Source of the DNA: Azolla caroliniana
Lineage: Eukaryota; Plantae; Polypodiophyta
Direction of reading: 5' to 3'
NCBI GenBank assembly: GCA_043228905.1
Contig: JBHGNT010000001.1
Span: forward strand, 25,854,001 to 25,918,000
Length of the DNA stretch: 64,000 nt
The notes beneath the pieces are model-generated. The model searched no databases and was not told the DNA's origin. It worked only from the letters and a program-made list of their open reading frames with translations. The position numbers and the translations under genes were made by a program. Below are positions 1 to 14,000 of this stretch, piece after piece; position 1 is the stretch's first letter, and the number at the start of each line of letters is the position of its first letter.

Positions 1-1256
1 TCTCATATACTCCCCGTGGTTGGACTAGCAGTGCTGGTTGCAAAGAGAAATTCAGGGACTGGAATGTTTTCCTCCAATGCATTTTATAGGTCACAGTTTT
101 TTCAGGTTCTTACACTGCCATTTTTTGTATTATAGTAAGCTATAATCCATGATTATTTACTCTTGCTCATGCTAGTTATACAAGGTGGCATTTTTTGTAT
201 TATAGTATGCTGTAAGCTGTCATTATTGTACTCTTAGTCAAGCCAGTTATACGAGGTCAAATTAACACTTTGTACACGAAGGTAGATACATTATTAGTGA
301 AAGAGGTAAATCTTGACCAGAAATAAACTAGAAATCAATAGTTTCTGTTCCAACTTCTAGCCATATGAATGTTTACAAAGTGCATGATTGAAAGTTTTTA
401 AACAATCAGGTCTTAGTTTTCAATCCATCTTTGTCCCAAATTTCTGGCAACTAATTGGGATGTTCCAGATATAAGATGATCCTCTAGATTCAAATACAGC
501 TTTGTACGTACCAAGAATCAGGCACAAGGTGCCCAACAGTAAGGGATTTTGTATGCTCCTTTTAGCGATACAGATTTTTCTTTTGGAAAGAAAAACATGA
601 CCTTATAGCAAATTGGCAGAACATTTTGGCCATAGAAACTAAATTTTAAGTATAGGCAAAACAATCAATGTATGCCTGACCTTTTGCATATTTACTAGGA
701 TATCCATTAGTTTTCAAGACTTACCAGAATACCATTTAGCTTTTACTGCTTGACATTCAAGTATAGGGCTAAACCACCAATTTACAACTTTTTGCATATT
801 TACTAATATGCCCCTCAGTTTTCAAGAATTTCCAGACAGCACTCAATTTTTACTGCCATACCCTAGACAATGACATTCTATTTTGTTTATAAGAACACAA
901 AAATTTAAAATGTATAACTCATCTTGTATAATGCCATTAAATCCTAAATTTGACGTGTTCCATTTGAATGTAGGCATTATTAATGTATGGGCTGGTTCGG
1001 ACGGTGACAACCTTTTTCACTACTGTGTGCGTAACAATTCAGAGACGTCATTTAATGGTATACTGCCTTCATTCGTATCTTTTGTTCTTTTGTTCTTTTT
1101 TTGTCGTTTCTAATGTGTTTACTCTCTTACTTGATTGTTGATATTTAGGTATGGGGATTATTTGCTCCAAAATTTGTTTTTGATGCTGCTGGCTTGCTGG
1201 TGACCGACAGCATATTGTTTCTCTTCTATGCATTGTGCCTTCCTCTTCTTAAATAG
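1..1256 (+). CDS. PIGO: 3' end of GPI ethanolamine phosphate transferase 3 (PIG-O/GPI13-like); exons <1..105, 974..1057, 1149..1256
   Basis: Manual splicing at GT-AG introns 106-973 and 1058-1148 gives ...SHILPVVGLAVLV...FFQ|ALLMYGLVRTVTTFFTTVCVTIQRRHLM|VWGLFAPKFVFDAAGLLVTDSILFLFYALCLPLLK*. RRHLMVWGLFAPKFVF is the PIG-O C-terminal signature. The ORF track misses it. Confidence 0.9.
117..257. repeat. Diverged ~70-bp tandem duplication in the PIG-O intron
   Basis: g(c/g)cattttttgtattatagta...agttatac(a/g)aggt occurs at 117 and again at 187. Confidence 0.7.
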
Positions 1257-2249
1257 ACAGTCCAAGTTTTCTTTTGTATATATTCCTTGACCTGTAATAT
1301 TCCTCATATATGGTCCATCATGTTTCCAAGTTTGATGTCACCTTTGTATTGAGATTCCCTCAAATGATGATCTGGGAATTACAAATGATAGTGAGTCAAT
1401 GCTCATAACTAGTAGATGAGCATCCAACAAGACTTACGTGAATATGGGCCATTGCTCTCCAAACCATCAAATGGAGTTCAAGCCACAAAAGGCAATCTAA
1501 CCATAGGGTGCTTGATCATTGTTGTAATATCATTGCCATCATATTCACAGAGACAATCTTGTTCTCGATGTCAATATTTATTTATTGATTTATAATTATT
1601 AATAAATAAAACTTTTACGATACAAACACCTTCCAACATTGGTGCAAACCAAATTTGATAAATAATGCCTGCAGGTAAAACACAGTGACTTATTGGGCGC
1701 TGATTGCTGTCCAATGTAAGTTAGTGTTAAGCATTGTTAAAGAGTTCCAAGAAACCTCCTTTGTTAGTTTAATGTTGGCTTTATGAATTAAAGATGGTTC
1801 CTTTGCAGATGGTCAGTGATTGCTTGATATCCATATTTAAATGAGTGATGTACCCCTTTTGTGCAACAAAAGCCCCTTTCTAGCACCTCATCATTGTGTG
1901 CACCACCTTAAGGTCACCTGTCAATGCACTGGGAAGGTTGGGGTATTTGTCTCGGTCATCTGTGTGACTTTTCTTACTAGAGTATTGCTTGTATATCTTT
2001 ATGAAATGTTTGGATTGAGAGCATTCATCTTGCCAATTTCGTAATCGAAAAGTTGCATTCATAACATTTCTGTCTATGGTTTTGTACATAAATGAAAAAT
2101 CACTTTGTTTGGTGTCTTAAGGCAATATGGAACTAACAAAGAAAATGCTAATATAAAACTTTCAAAGAAAATGTTTGCATTTGGTAAACAAGTGCTAGGG
2201 TTGTCTCTATTATGTGAAAAAAACTTATTATAATGTTGAAAAGCCACTC

Positions 2250-3250
2250 CTCCATAACCCTAGTGTGCTATCAGCAACTCTTAAGTGGCACTTATCTTAG
2301 TAGTAGGATGGGTTGCATGAAGGTCATGAAGGCCCAAGTCAAGGTTGACCCTTCACATATGGTGATTGCCTTTGCACTTGATGGATATTTACAAGCATGT
2401 GCATTCTTTGTGGATCCATGCACCATGGCTTGATACAAGAATCCCTAAAACTCATCTCACTTGGAGATGTTGCCCTATCCCCTTAGTGATGATTGAATAT
2501 GACGTTGCAACACCTATGTTGGGATATCACAAACACTAGAATAATCATTGATGATCGCATTGTAGGAATTGCTACTCTAGTAGGTCATTGCACATTGTGG
2601 AGTTTCTTTGGACATGGAGTATCGTCGTGTTGTTTAGGAATGCAAAGGTGGTTGTGATAAAAAATATTGCCATTAATAGCCCCAACCACAATCAGGTGCT
2701 TTCAACAAAACTAGGTTGGGCATTTGAGCAGCCATTGCCCACCAATGCTCACTTTGCTGATCAAACATATATGGGTAAGTTTTGATCAAACATATAAGGC
2801 AACTTGGCTAGTAGGGACACTTGCGGGACACTCCAAATACAAAGAACTTTCCCACATGGCCATTAACTTGACCATAATGACCATTGGTGAGAATGGTTGC
2901 AAGACAATGGAGAACATCATGGTAGACTCTCGTGAGAGCAACCACTCCATGAGATATGTTCAATTGTGTTCAATGATATTTGGCTCACCCTCCAAATTAG
3001 TGAAATGAAGCTATCTTTTAATCTATCGTTTTGTTTCCATGGCTTGTTGAACCAACTTATGGATGTCATTAAAAACTTAGGTGTCTTGAGATTGAGAAAG
3101 GATCCTAACAACTAGGTAATTAATTGCATGAGAATGTTGTGCTACATCATTCTTGCTAGTTTGTTACAATGGCAAACATGGAGGATAATACTTTCTACTT
3201 TTACAAGAATTGCAACAATATGATTGCTTAGTTTCAAGAGTATAAAACCT
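2250..3250 (-). mobile_element. Highly decayed non-LTR (L1-like) retrotransposon fragment
   Basis: The minus-strand peptide LGSFLNL...SFISLIWRVSQ...HISWSG weakly resembles the post-RT YLG...LSLAGR region of L1 ORF2. Boundaries are approximate. Confidence 0.3.
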
Positions 3251-4065
3251 ATCCTCGGTCAAATTGGAGGCTCCTTAAAAGTAAAACGTAAGATTAAAGA
3301 CATAATTAAGGTTTTTCGATTATTGACATGTGTTTTGTTCCATATCGGGATGAGGAAGAGGAAGGATCCAATGCAATTCCAATAGAGTAAACCACAAGGT
3401 CTCATACGCAATGGGAGTTTGCTTGTTTGCGTCACCACGGTGTATTCATCCACATTCAAAATTTCAATCCTCGTCCATACTGACATCCACCACCATGGGA
3501 GCTTGCTTACTTTGTGTTACACATACAACGTGCATCCACCCACGTGTGTGTGTGTGTGTACAACATACGCGATCTGATCCTTTTGTATACATATCAACAT
3601 AGGGATTCTGTAGGCGCAAAAAAGATGTGGCACGACGATGCATGTATGTGTGGCTAGGGATGGGGCATAATATTTTGTGGCGTCCGCCCCCATTTGACTT
3701 GGCCGGCCGGCCGGCCAACCGAAGAGTAAAGCACCTTACCCTTCATCATCTTCTTCTTCTTCTTCTTCCGACGGCCAAGAGGAAGAAGAAGAAGAAGAAG
3801 AAGAAGACGGCGGCCGGTGTGTGTGTGAGGAAGGAAGGATCCGATGGAAACATCCAGAGTCTTCTAGAAAGACAAAGGAGTAAAGCAGATAGAGGCAGGA
3901 GAAAAACGCGAAGACTTGCCGAAAGCAGAGATTTTTAGGGTTCCGTCGTTCCCGTTCTTACTCTGTGTTTCTTTCTGTGCTCTCTCTCTCTCTCTCTCTC
4001 TCCCTATCGCGCGCGGATCATCCCAGAACCTCTCCTCTCTCTCTCTCTCTCTCTCGCTCGCTCAC

Positions 4066-5518
4066 ATGGTATGCGTTTCTCGTCGAACTTAGATGATTTT
4101 CAATGGTGTCTTCTCTTTATCTTTAGGATCTCCGTATAGAGAAGGCAGATATGAAAGTTTTGACACAGACGGATTCCTTTAATCTTCTATCTCATCTGAA
4201 ACCATCCGATTGTGCTTTAGGTGTCGACGAACAATACATGGCCGTTTTTTTCTATGCTCTGAGCATCCTCTCACAAAAAACTTTGGGAGGGGGTTCGGTC
4301 TTGTTCTAGCTGTGTTTTAGTTTTTGATGAAAGAAAAACACCCCCCCCCCCCCCCGTGTTTCTCCAACTGTTTCATAAATCAGAAGGTGGGGCTTGGGGG
4401 TGTAATGATTTACCCACCCAGGGCCTTGTGAGTACTGAATACTGTTAGATTCTGAAAGGGATTTCGGTTTTCAATTGCGTATGTAGCTTAGGTTTTTGAG
4501 TTCCTGCGGAAGGCGAGTAGTTTGATTGATCTCTGACCGTGTTTGGAGTGTGTTTCTAACCACTCGTGTGACTTGAGTTTCAGAGTTTTATGTGCTTATT
4601 TTTTCTTTTTCCGGGTTTCTGGCAACAGGCGACACCATTAATCGCTGGAGTGGCCGTTGCAGCAGCGGCATTAGCAGGAAAGTATGGCATTGAGGCCTGG
4701 CATGCGTTCAAGGCGAGGCCCCGTGTCCCTCGGATGAGGAAGTTCTATGAAGGCGGATTCCAACCTGTCATGACACGCAGAGAGGCCGCCCTCATCCTTG
4801 GCGTCAGGTAGGCGTTTTTGTTGTTGTCTGCACCTAAAAACAATTGATAAATAGCTCCCTTTTCTTCATTCTTTTCTTATAGCGAGGGCGAAGGCTTCAT
4901 ATGACTATAATCAGCATGACGTATATTTTATTTAGTATCTTATTCTATGCTTGAACATCCATCAATTCGGTCTTTGAGATAATTACGTTTGGCCTCATTT
5001 TATGTAATTCAAGAAAAGAGAGTGTGTGTGTGTTTGTGTGTGCATTGATCATTCTGATATTCAAAGCTTGAGCACAATATGACCTGAAGGTGATTGCATG
5101 TGAATTTCAAATTTTGATTTTGTCATTATATTTTGAAATATTCTATTTTATGCTTAAATTTTAATAGATTGAATGCGTGAGGAGAGTTTCTATCTGTTTT
5201 AATTATAACATAGTGATCATGTTTTCATCTGCATCAAATGTGGTGATTCCTATATGAACAGTTAATTGTCTCTTGGCACTAAAGATGCTCACATCTGTTG
5301 AAAATACTGTGACAAAAGAAGTTAACCTCATCTAGCTGATAAGTTCTGGTTTCGTTTGCAGGGAAAGTGCAGCACAAGAGAAGATTAGAGAAGCGCATAG
5401 GAGAGTAATGCTTGCAAATCATCCAGATGCTGGTGGAAGTGACCACTTAGCGTCCAAAATCAATGAAGCAACGGACCTCCTGCTTGGAAAGACCAAGGGA
5501 AGTGCATCTGCTTTTTGA
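4066..5518 (+). CDS. TIM14: Mitochondrial import motor J-protein PAM18/TIM14, 112 aa; exons 4066..4068, 4629..4807, 5362..5518
   Basis: An ATG-only first coding exon is followed by GTATGC. The spliced product is [25 protein letters not shown]...[64 protein letters not shown]...SAF*, with an intact HPD motif and canonical GT-AG introns in compatible phase. Confidence 0.95.
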
Positions 5519-5533
5519 TATTACTGTATATGG

Positions 5534-7338
5534 GTAAGTGATTACCAGGGAACATACCCTCTCTTAATGATGAACGTGTCAAGATTGGAATCATCCTCAA
5601 TTGTTCATTTTGTATTATCGTACATTTGCAATATTCCTGTGCTGTTTGGAGTACTTGTTTCCATTTCTATGATTTTCTATCAATGAGGTTTTTTAGCAGA
5701 AGATGAGTTTATTAAGTGATTCTTCTACATCCTTTTTCCTGTTATTAAACTTCTAGTAAAGAAAAACTGACTGGAAAGTCCATCAAATTAGTCGACTCCA
5801 CAGGTTATGTTAGGGTAGTAGAATGTGTGACAATAAGATACATGTAATCAGCGTTTGAAGGTCTATCTGTTTGTCCTCCTAATGTTGAGCATGTGAGTCT
5901 TATAGCAGTTAAAGACTCGAATGAGTAGCCATAAACTTGACTCGTATGCTTATCTTTTAAATTAACCTGATAAGTTTTATGTCAGCTCTTTGAGTAACAA
6001 TGTATTATATTTATGATGAAGCTCTAAAGCCTTAATTAATTCTCTTTTGCAAATGTTCGTATTTTTAGTGGTATTACATTTATGATGAAATGGTATGGTC
6101 AACCCTAAACCCTGTTATTCAAATAAAATGGAACCATATTAAGTCTTCTTTTGCGGCTTTTCCATACTCCTTTCTGAACTGTGTTTGAAAGGTTATTCAT
6201 AATTGACGATTTCTATGAATCCTCTCTATGAACCAGTCCTAATTGTGCTGTAGGAAACCAATTCAAAGAGCTGAAAAATCAGATGTAAGGTAATCAACTC
6301 ACATATCGAAAGCCATGCATATTCCAGGATTAAAAACAAATGATTTTCTGGTCCATCCTTTTGTAATATGCATTGTCTAAATTCTTATTGAACATGGTAT
6401 GCACCTCCCCTTTCTAACAATGAAGTTCCAGCCCACCCTTTCATAATAAGCCTTGTCGAAATTCTTGTTGAGCTTGGTATGCACCTGCACTCACCCTTCT
6501 CTTTCTATTCCATTCTAATCTTGTGAGGGCATTCATCTAATTTTCGAATTCGTCATGTCTTCTTTTGGTTTCAAAGTTATTGGAAAAGCATTCCTCAATC
6601 AGGGCTGAGAATTTAGTAAGAAATGCTTAAAAGAATAATCACGCGGTGATTGTATAGTTTGGCTAATTAGGGCTTTAGCAAGTCCAAAATTAATCTGTCT
6701 TGGTAAGATTTTCTATTCCTGACTTGGTTAATAGTTTCCATGTAATATTTTCCTATTCTCTCTACTGCCTCTCTTTGGATCCTGCATGTCAACGAATCAT
6801 TATTTTTCTTTTCTACTAGTGCAAAGCATGCATAATGACTGATCCATGCATAGTTTGTCTTTAATTCACTGGTCTATGCTTGCAAGTCACTGTGTTCATG
6901 TTCTTCGTTTTCCTTGTGAAGGGGTCATAAAAATTTCTAATACCAAGGTTTTCATTTGCTGGTTGAAATCTTTTTCTTTTGCTTCAGAGTTGTTAGAAAA
7001 GCGTTTACTATAGTACAGAGTCATTTGATGAAATAATGACAATTTAGGTCATTTGGGAAAATAACTAAAAGCCTCTTAAATTCTCAGGTTCCTCTCTTAC
7101 ATTCTGGTCATGGTTTTGTATTTCTTCTTTTCATTTTGGAGTTGCTGCTATTGAAACAAACAGTCATTGTGGTTGGCCCATGTTTCTCTTTGCGTAATAA
7201 CTGTTAGTTAGGTGCTTTGTTGTGGCTTCTAAAATTTTCTGATACTGTTACATTTGCGGATTATTTTTTCTGGATTTAATTTACCTATGGATCATGAGTT
7301 TAATTTATTTTTGCATCTGAACATGGTTCATGTGGCAG
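5534..7338 (+). other. Probable intron in the TIM14 3' UTR (acceptor uncertain)
   Basis: A consensus donor GG|GTAAGT lies 15 nt after the stop codon, followed by T-rich intron-like DNA. A candidate acceptor tgtggcag ends at 7338 and precedes AATAAA (7351) and a GT-rich region. Other YAG acceptors occur near 6252, 6987 and 7087. Confidence 0.45.
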
Positions 7339-8069
7339 GTAACAGCTGCGAATAAACAAGGAAAATGCTTGATATTACTAAATCGATAATCTCACTTTTT
7401 GGATTTGTGCAACAGCATCAGTCTACCACCATACTGTAACTTTTGGTGATGATCATGGTGCTGGAATTGGTATTCGAATGTGCTGTTTATGATAAAATGT
7501 GGGTATTTATGGTTGTGCACAACCCTGAGACTTCTGAACAATCAGAATCATTGTATAATTGGTGTTTTTGTTTTGTTTTATATTGCATCATTGCATTAAA
7601 GAAGTGGCACATTTGCACGTGGAAAAGAGAAATTTTGTATATGAACCTAATGCTTTTTGCAATCCAAATAAGCACTGTAACTACATGAAAGTTCAGGAAT
7701 GTTACTAACGAATTTGTTTCTTTAGACTTCGATTTTTCATGTTTTCATGGGCTATGAGTATGAAAAAGGAGTAATGACGTACATATGAAGAGCTAGAGAC
7801 AATAAGCATTTGTCATAGTAAAAACAAAAGGTTAACCCACATAATATTTCAAAAAAAGTGGAAACTAAACACGAACAATGTTAACCCACAAGATATCATA
7901 GAGCATGATATTCATTGATCATTATTATGTTATTGTGGTCTATCCAATTATTTTATTTGTCATGCATTTATTAAGTTTTGACTATTTTATTTGTCATACC
8001 TTGAAGCGTAAGGGACAAAAGCATTTTCAGCATTTAGTGCATTTAAAAATCATGCAAAAACCCAAATAA

Positions 8070-10500
8070 ATCATACAATCCAAATCATTCATAGTGATAA
8101 TGGAGGAGAGTTTGCCTAATAAGAGTGGGGAAAGCTTTGCCAACAATAGAGAATCCTTCATAAAAAATCAGTGCTGTACACCCCTCAACAAAATGGGGCT
8201 GTTGAGAGGAAGAATTAGACACTCCTTCATGATCCAAATGCTAGCGATGCTAACAAAACCCCTCCTGAAGTTATACCATTCACAATATGGTATGTCCGAT
8301 CTCTTGGTGTGTCAGATTGTAAAGTCTTTGTAGTGGAGCATGCCTATAGACATTCAAAAAACAGGTCAAATCTAGAAAATCATTGCATCAAACAGAGATT
8401 TATTGGATACAGAGACCTCTATCAAGTAAAATTGCCTCCCTTAGTTAGTTAAACATTGTATTTAATCGATCTTTTAAATTTGATGAAGAGTTTGGATGAT
8501 TAGAGTCCTAATCCTTGGTATACAATATTAGAAGAAGACTACAAAGGAAAACTTTGAAATAAGCAAAAACTTATAGAATCTTGGCATGAAGAAGTCAACT
8601 AAAAAAGAACACAATAGAACCTCGATGAGAAAGAGCAATTGTGTAGAATAACTCATGAAGGACCAAAATCCACCATTAGAACACGTACTAGAAATTGTCA
8701 AGCAAAATTAGCACCATTAGACTATATGACAAACATGTTACATACAAAGGGGTGTGTGGTGGGCAAGGGCACCAATAGCAAGACCAAGGGATACAATAGA
8801 AATTGTTAACAAATTCATCACGAAGACACCTTACTAAAGTTGCTAACTAGGTCAAATCAAATGCATTCCCAAATGGGAGGATCTCTATGGAGGAGCTTGG
8901 AAGATATGGAAAGAAAGGGACGAGCCCAACTCAGGCACTACAAGGAGCTACAAAAAATTCATTTACATCATCATGGACCCATCAAGCGCTGGAAGGTGCA
9001 ATCAAGTTCACTACACCATCATCGACTAGTGTGGCTTCTGGGATAAGCGAGGAAGCTACATGCAACAAGGAGTGAGCCCAAGTTCCCAACACAATGGCTA
9101 CACTGACATACCAACACAATAAAAAGATAGAAGGGAAGGAGGCATACCTAATACAACCACCAGCATAATGGACGGTCTCTCCAACTGCCCTACAATCAGA
9201 TGTTGACTCCAGATTAGATGATTGAAGAAGAGGAACATTGCACACACAACTCAAGAGGAGTAGATGAGGGAGGGGTTAGAACACAATTCAAAAAGGGGCA
9301 AGAAAAAAGTATACAAACTATTGATTGAGTGACAACATCACGAAAGACCTCTAAAAACATTTTGTTGTTGAAGTTGAATCTAACATATCAAGGCATTTTG
9401 TAGTACCACATGGAAAGATGGAGGGGATATTGCAACTATTATTGATCTCAAGCAAGCATTTCAAAGCACGGATAAAATGCTATCAAGAGTTTTCTTGGAA
9501 TACATGTACAAAGGTATTAGAGCATAGGGATACTATCACTACCCCTAGCAAGTATGTGGATAACATATTGGATAAATTTGATCTCAAGCAAGCATTTCAA
9601 AGCACGGATAAAATGCTATCAAGCGTTTTCTTGGAATACATGTACAAAGGTATTAGAGCATAGGGATACTATCACTACCCCTAGCAGGTATGTGGATAAC
9701 ATATTGGATAAATTTGACATGAAAAAATGTTCTCCGATATCTACACCACTCACAGTACCATGTAAACTATTATCTGCGGACTCTCCTCAAAACAATGAAG
9801 AAGCATGTTTAATGAAGAATATTCCCTATTGTCAAGTATTAGGAAGCCTCGGTACTTGTGAGTTGCACAAGACTGAACTCATCATTTTCAATTGGTTTTC
9901 TCTCCAAATTTGTGGAAAGATGAGGCATTAATCTTTGGGATGCACTCAAACGACTACTATGATACTTAAAGTGCACACAAAATATGGTATTCACTTACAA
10001 TACATACTTTAGGATAAAAAACTCCAAAATACAAGCATGGCTATCAACTCCACAACAAGGATGGACTGATGTAGATTGGGGAGGATACATTGTTTCCTCA
10101 CTTATTTACTTTTGCATGTGGTAAAATCACATGGCGCATGAAAAGCAAGCTACTATCACCCTCTCCTTCACAAAAGCATGTATCACATCCACAATTCAAG
10201 AATTGGATATTTTACAAATTTTCAAATTCAAACTATGGTGTGACAATCTATCATGTGTGAAAATCATCAAGAACTGAAAAATTACCGATCTAAATAAGCA
10301 TATTTGAGCTCGGTATCACTTCATGATAGAACTTGTCGAAGCTCATAACCTCGACATCAACTATACCCCTACCCACAATATGTGGACCGACTTCTTAACC
10401 AAACCAATTCAAAGTATTAAACATTGGAACTATTGCAAGTATATTGGGTTGAGACTCTGTCACGAATCAACGGTATTATCTTTAAAAAGGGAGGAGTTTT
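8070..10500 (+). mobile_element. Degenerate Ty1/copia element (INT, RT end, RNase H, PPT)
   Basis: Frameshifted motifs HSDNGGEF and YTPQQNGAVER (integrase), KYVDNILDKFDMKKCSPISTP...IPYCQVLGSL (RT end) and DVDWGG / HI*ARYHF / DFLTKP (RNase H). A purine tract aaaagggaggag lies at ~10485. The RT core is missing. Confidence 0.8.
9442..9716. repeat. Near-perfect 136-bp tandem duplication
   Basis: ttgatctcaagcaagcatttcaaagcacgg...ggataaat starts at 9442 and again at 9578, with very few differences. Confidence 0.9.
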
Positions 10501-10789
10501 GAAACTAACTACAATAAAATAAAAAATAGTTTAGCTAATTAAAATTATTAGTATCTAAAAAATAGATGTGATTGTTACAATTGTAACAATCACATTTTGA
10601 TATGTATTTAAAGGATAGAGCACCACACATTTCTATGTGAGTACATCTGATCACATATTTACAAGTTCATATTTTAGTTCCAATATCCATTTAGTACTTT
10701 CTTACATCTTGTGTTCATCTCCTTCCAAGTTATAATCGCTGCAAATTCAAGTACCTACCTAATTAACTATTAAGTGCTTAAGAGTAATG

Positions 10790-11070
10790 GTGAGCTTGGT
10801 TGTATTCTTGACGATCTCAATGAATCCTACTTGAAGAATCCTATCAATCTCTTGCTTTATCCTCATTGTATAATTTGGATTCAAGAAATACTAGTGATAT
10901 TGCACCAAGATTAGATTGGTCTTAAGTCACAAAGTTTATACTTGCAAAAGTCTTGACCCAAACTCCTCGTGCCCTCGTATGACCAAGAAAACACATCCTT
11001 GTGTTTGCAAAAAGGTCAATAAGTTGTCGTTGGAATGGTAATTATGGGTCCTTCATGATGTGAATTTGCT
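10790..11070 (-). mobile_element. Ty3/gypsy (Athila-like) RT N-terminal remnant
   Basis: The minus strand reads KHKDVFSWSYE and LNPNYTMRIKQEIDRILQVGFI, matching YKDVFAWAHE...MNPNYATRVKEEIDKLLKEGFI at ~51000-51170. Confidence 0.7.
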
Positions 11071-14000
11071 ATCATGCTAGGTTCACAATCTTTGGCATCT
11101 ATTGGAAGCTTGCATGTCTAGCTTCCTAAGAAAAATTTAAGATCCATTTCTTGTATGCATGTTTGTTGCAAGTAAGGAGATATTGTCGGCTAAATTTGTG
11201 TTTGATTTCTTGTGTTTTAGTGAGTTAAGTCATCCACTAAATTAATCCCTATATTGTCTTTGTTATTTAAGAGAGGTTCTTGATGAGGGAGTTCCCTTAG
11301 GTAGCCTAGGATATCTCATTAGATACCCTCAAAAGTGGTTGAGACCCACTTCTATTTCTATTGTTCATGAGATAGTTTCTTTTATGAGCTCTATCGTGAG
11401 ATAAGCTCAATTTTCACATCTACCGTGAGACAAGTCTATTTTGTGAGTTCTATGTTGAGTTCATCAAGATGAACGATTGATAAAAAACATCTGTACTTCT
11501 ATTAATCAAGGTACTTGCACTAATATAAGTGATTAGGTAAAGCACAATCAGTATCAACCATTTGTAGGGGGGAGAGAAAGGAGAGATGGCTCTACTCTAG
11601 GGTTAGGAAAGTGAAGAGGAAGTTGAAAAAGCCAAAAGGTTGGAGTGTATGTAAGTGCTTTTGTCTTTGCAATCATATTCCACATTCTAGTTTCATCAAT
11701 ACAAGGTTTCCTTGACCAAGGCCTCAAATTAAGGTTTCCTCAAGCCATTCCCTCGTGGTGATTCGGCATATGCCACTAGACAATAATGTGATAGCAAATC
11801 ACAACTAAGGGTGAGATGAGATTGAAGAACTTCTTGGACGTCAATTTTGGTATTAGTTACAACTTACGCCAAAGAATTAGATTTGTATGAAGCACTACTA
11901 TTAAACAAACTACTAGTTACTAGAAAGTTAGACAAAAAGATAAGCAATGCAATTAGCACTTAAAATCTAGACTTGGACAAAGACAATACATGAATGCATT
12001 GATGGTAAGGGCTAAGGGAGCCTTGGGGAAAGGCGGCCACACACTATGGTACATGTACCACAATCTAAATAATGCAAAACACAAGTTTTACTAATCAGGA
12101 TCATGTTTATTCTAGAATCTACACCAATGCGACACAAGACCCCACAATTTTGGCATTGTAAAGACGAGCTTTAACACTACATGATTATGTTTATTTATTC
12201 AAATACTCGTGACTTGAGCCCACAATACATTAATTTTGTAGAGCACACACTTCTACACTACATCTTTATGTTTATATATGTACCGACATTTATTTTAGAA
12301 TTGGTAACTTAATGCTATTGTCCCACCACATTCTTACTACATCACAGAGAAGTCTTTTTGAGAAATGGGCATGTCATATGTGCAGAAACTAGTGTCTATG
12401 CATGTGAGTGACAAATGAAAACGTATTCACTAAACACGCCACTATCTTTGAGGCATTCAGTTAGGAACCGATAAGCTTACAAAGTACTCCATCATTTCAA
12501 TTAGCACGAGGTTGGCATCTATGCTATTAGGGCAGTTAGAAACAACACATTAATGTGTTAGTATGTAACTATAATTTTATACATTTGAGAGTTATGTATA
12601 CATATATTTCTAAGAATCAAGACATTGTGTATGCTAAGACATTTTTTTATGTTGTCACCGAAAATAGTTTACCTCTAAATGAATTAGCATCCTCCACCAA
12701 ATATTTCCCAAACGAGTCAATAAACATGAGGACACGAATAAGTTAATCATTTCTTGTAAGACCGGTATAACTAAATCTATTGAAAAATCACATGCATATT
12801 ATACGTATGATACATCAACCTTCCATGGTATGTCTTATTACTTCACTATGTATATATATATATATATATATGTATATGTATATGTATATATCCCATTTTA
12901 CTATACATATTATACATACGAAAGAAAATGGATTTATTTTTTTCCCCATTAAGACAAACAAATTACTTTTTTCCATTAAGGCAAACATCCACGATGAAAC
13001 ATGGGGGGTCAAGGGAGATGAGAACTTCAACCAAACATGTTCACTTAACCTTACCACATCGTCCATGAAAAGTGAAGGTCATCATGGGCATTAAAAAGAG
13101 ACTATATCATATATCGTCTTTGTGCATATCGAAAACCAGCAAAAGAAGAACACCTGAGGATATAACATTCTTATGTTTTCGTTTTTATCGAGCTCAAGCC
13201 CATGTTATAAGCCCGACTAAGAGATGTTCAAGCAAGACCATGTCAAGTACTCTGACGTCCACGTTTGTATGTAGACATTAGAATTAAAATACTCCTTTAA
13301 ATGAGATTATGTAGCATATATTAATACACGGTTGAGCAAGAATGCCTTGAAACACACAAGGACACACATGTTTGTATGTGTATATTAAAATTTGATATCA
13401 CGCACAATATGTGTGCATAATATTTTATCTGGTCATTGTTATTTTATGATGCAATTAAGAGGCTACCCAAAATTCTTGTCACATGGGAAGAACTAATTTG
13501 TTATGATTTTTAATTCTCGATGAGCAGATTGGGAGCCTAAAAAGTAAATCATCAACAACCAACACACATTAGTTTACAACACATTGTTACGCTTTTGGTT
13601 GGTGTCGAACCGAGAAAACAAAAAAACAAAAATGCTCGATGACACGTACCCCCAAGCAATAAAAGTTCTATCGTTTATTTTAAAATTGGAAACCCACTAT
13701 ATAAGTGGAGTTGAGAGATAATAAGATGATTGAATTCGAATATGCCAATTATTTGTTTTAATGCAAATGTCCATGTTGTAAAGAAGCTCCATTCGTTTTC
13801 CATCTGATAGCTAGATGCTATGTTAAGTGGTCAAGTATCTCTAACTATTTTCACCACATCTATGTAGAATATGACGTTCATCTTGTCGTGAACGTTAGGG
13901 TTAACGAGGTGACTTGCATGTCATTGTTCATCTTTAGGCCTTGACATGGATGCATGCAGCATATGTATGCACATGCATATACAAGTTCATTTTAATGATA

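Noticed and set aside
883-1113. 76-aa ORF in the track
   Set aside because: It is an out-of-frame read across a PIG-O intron and exon.
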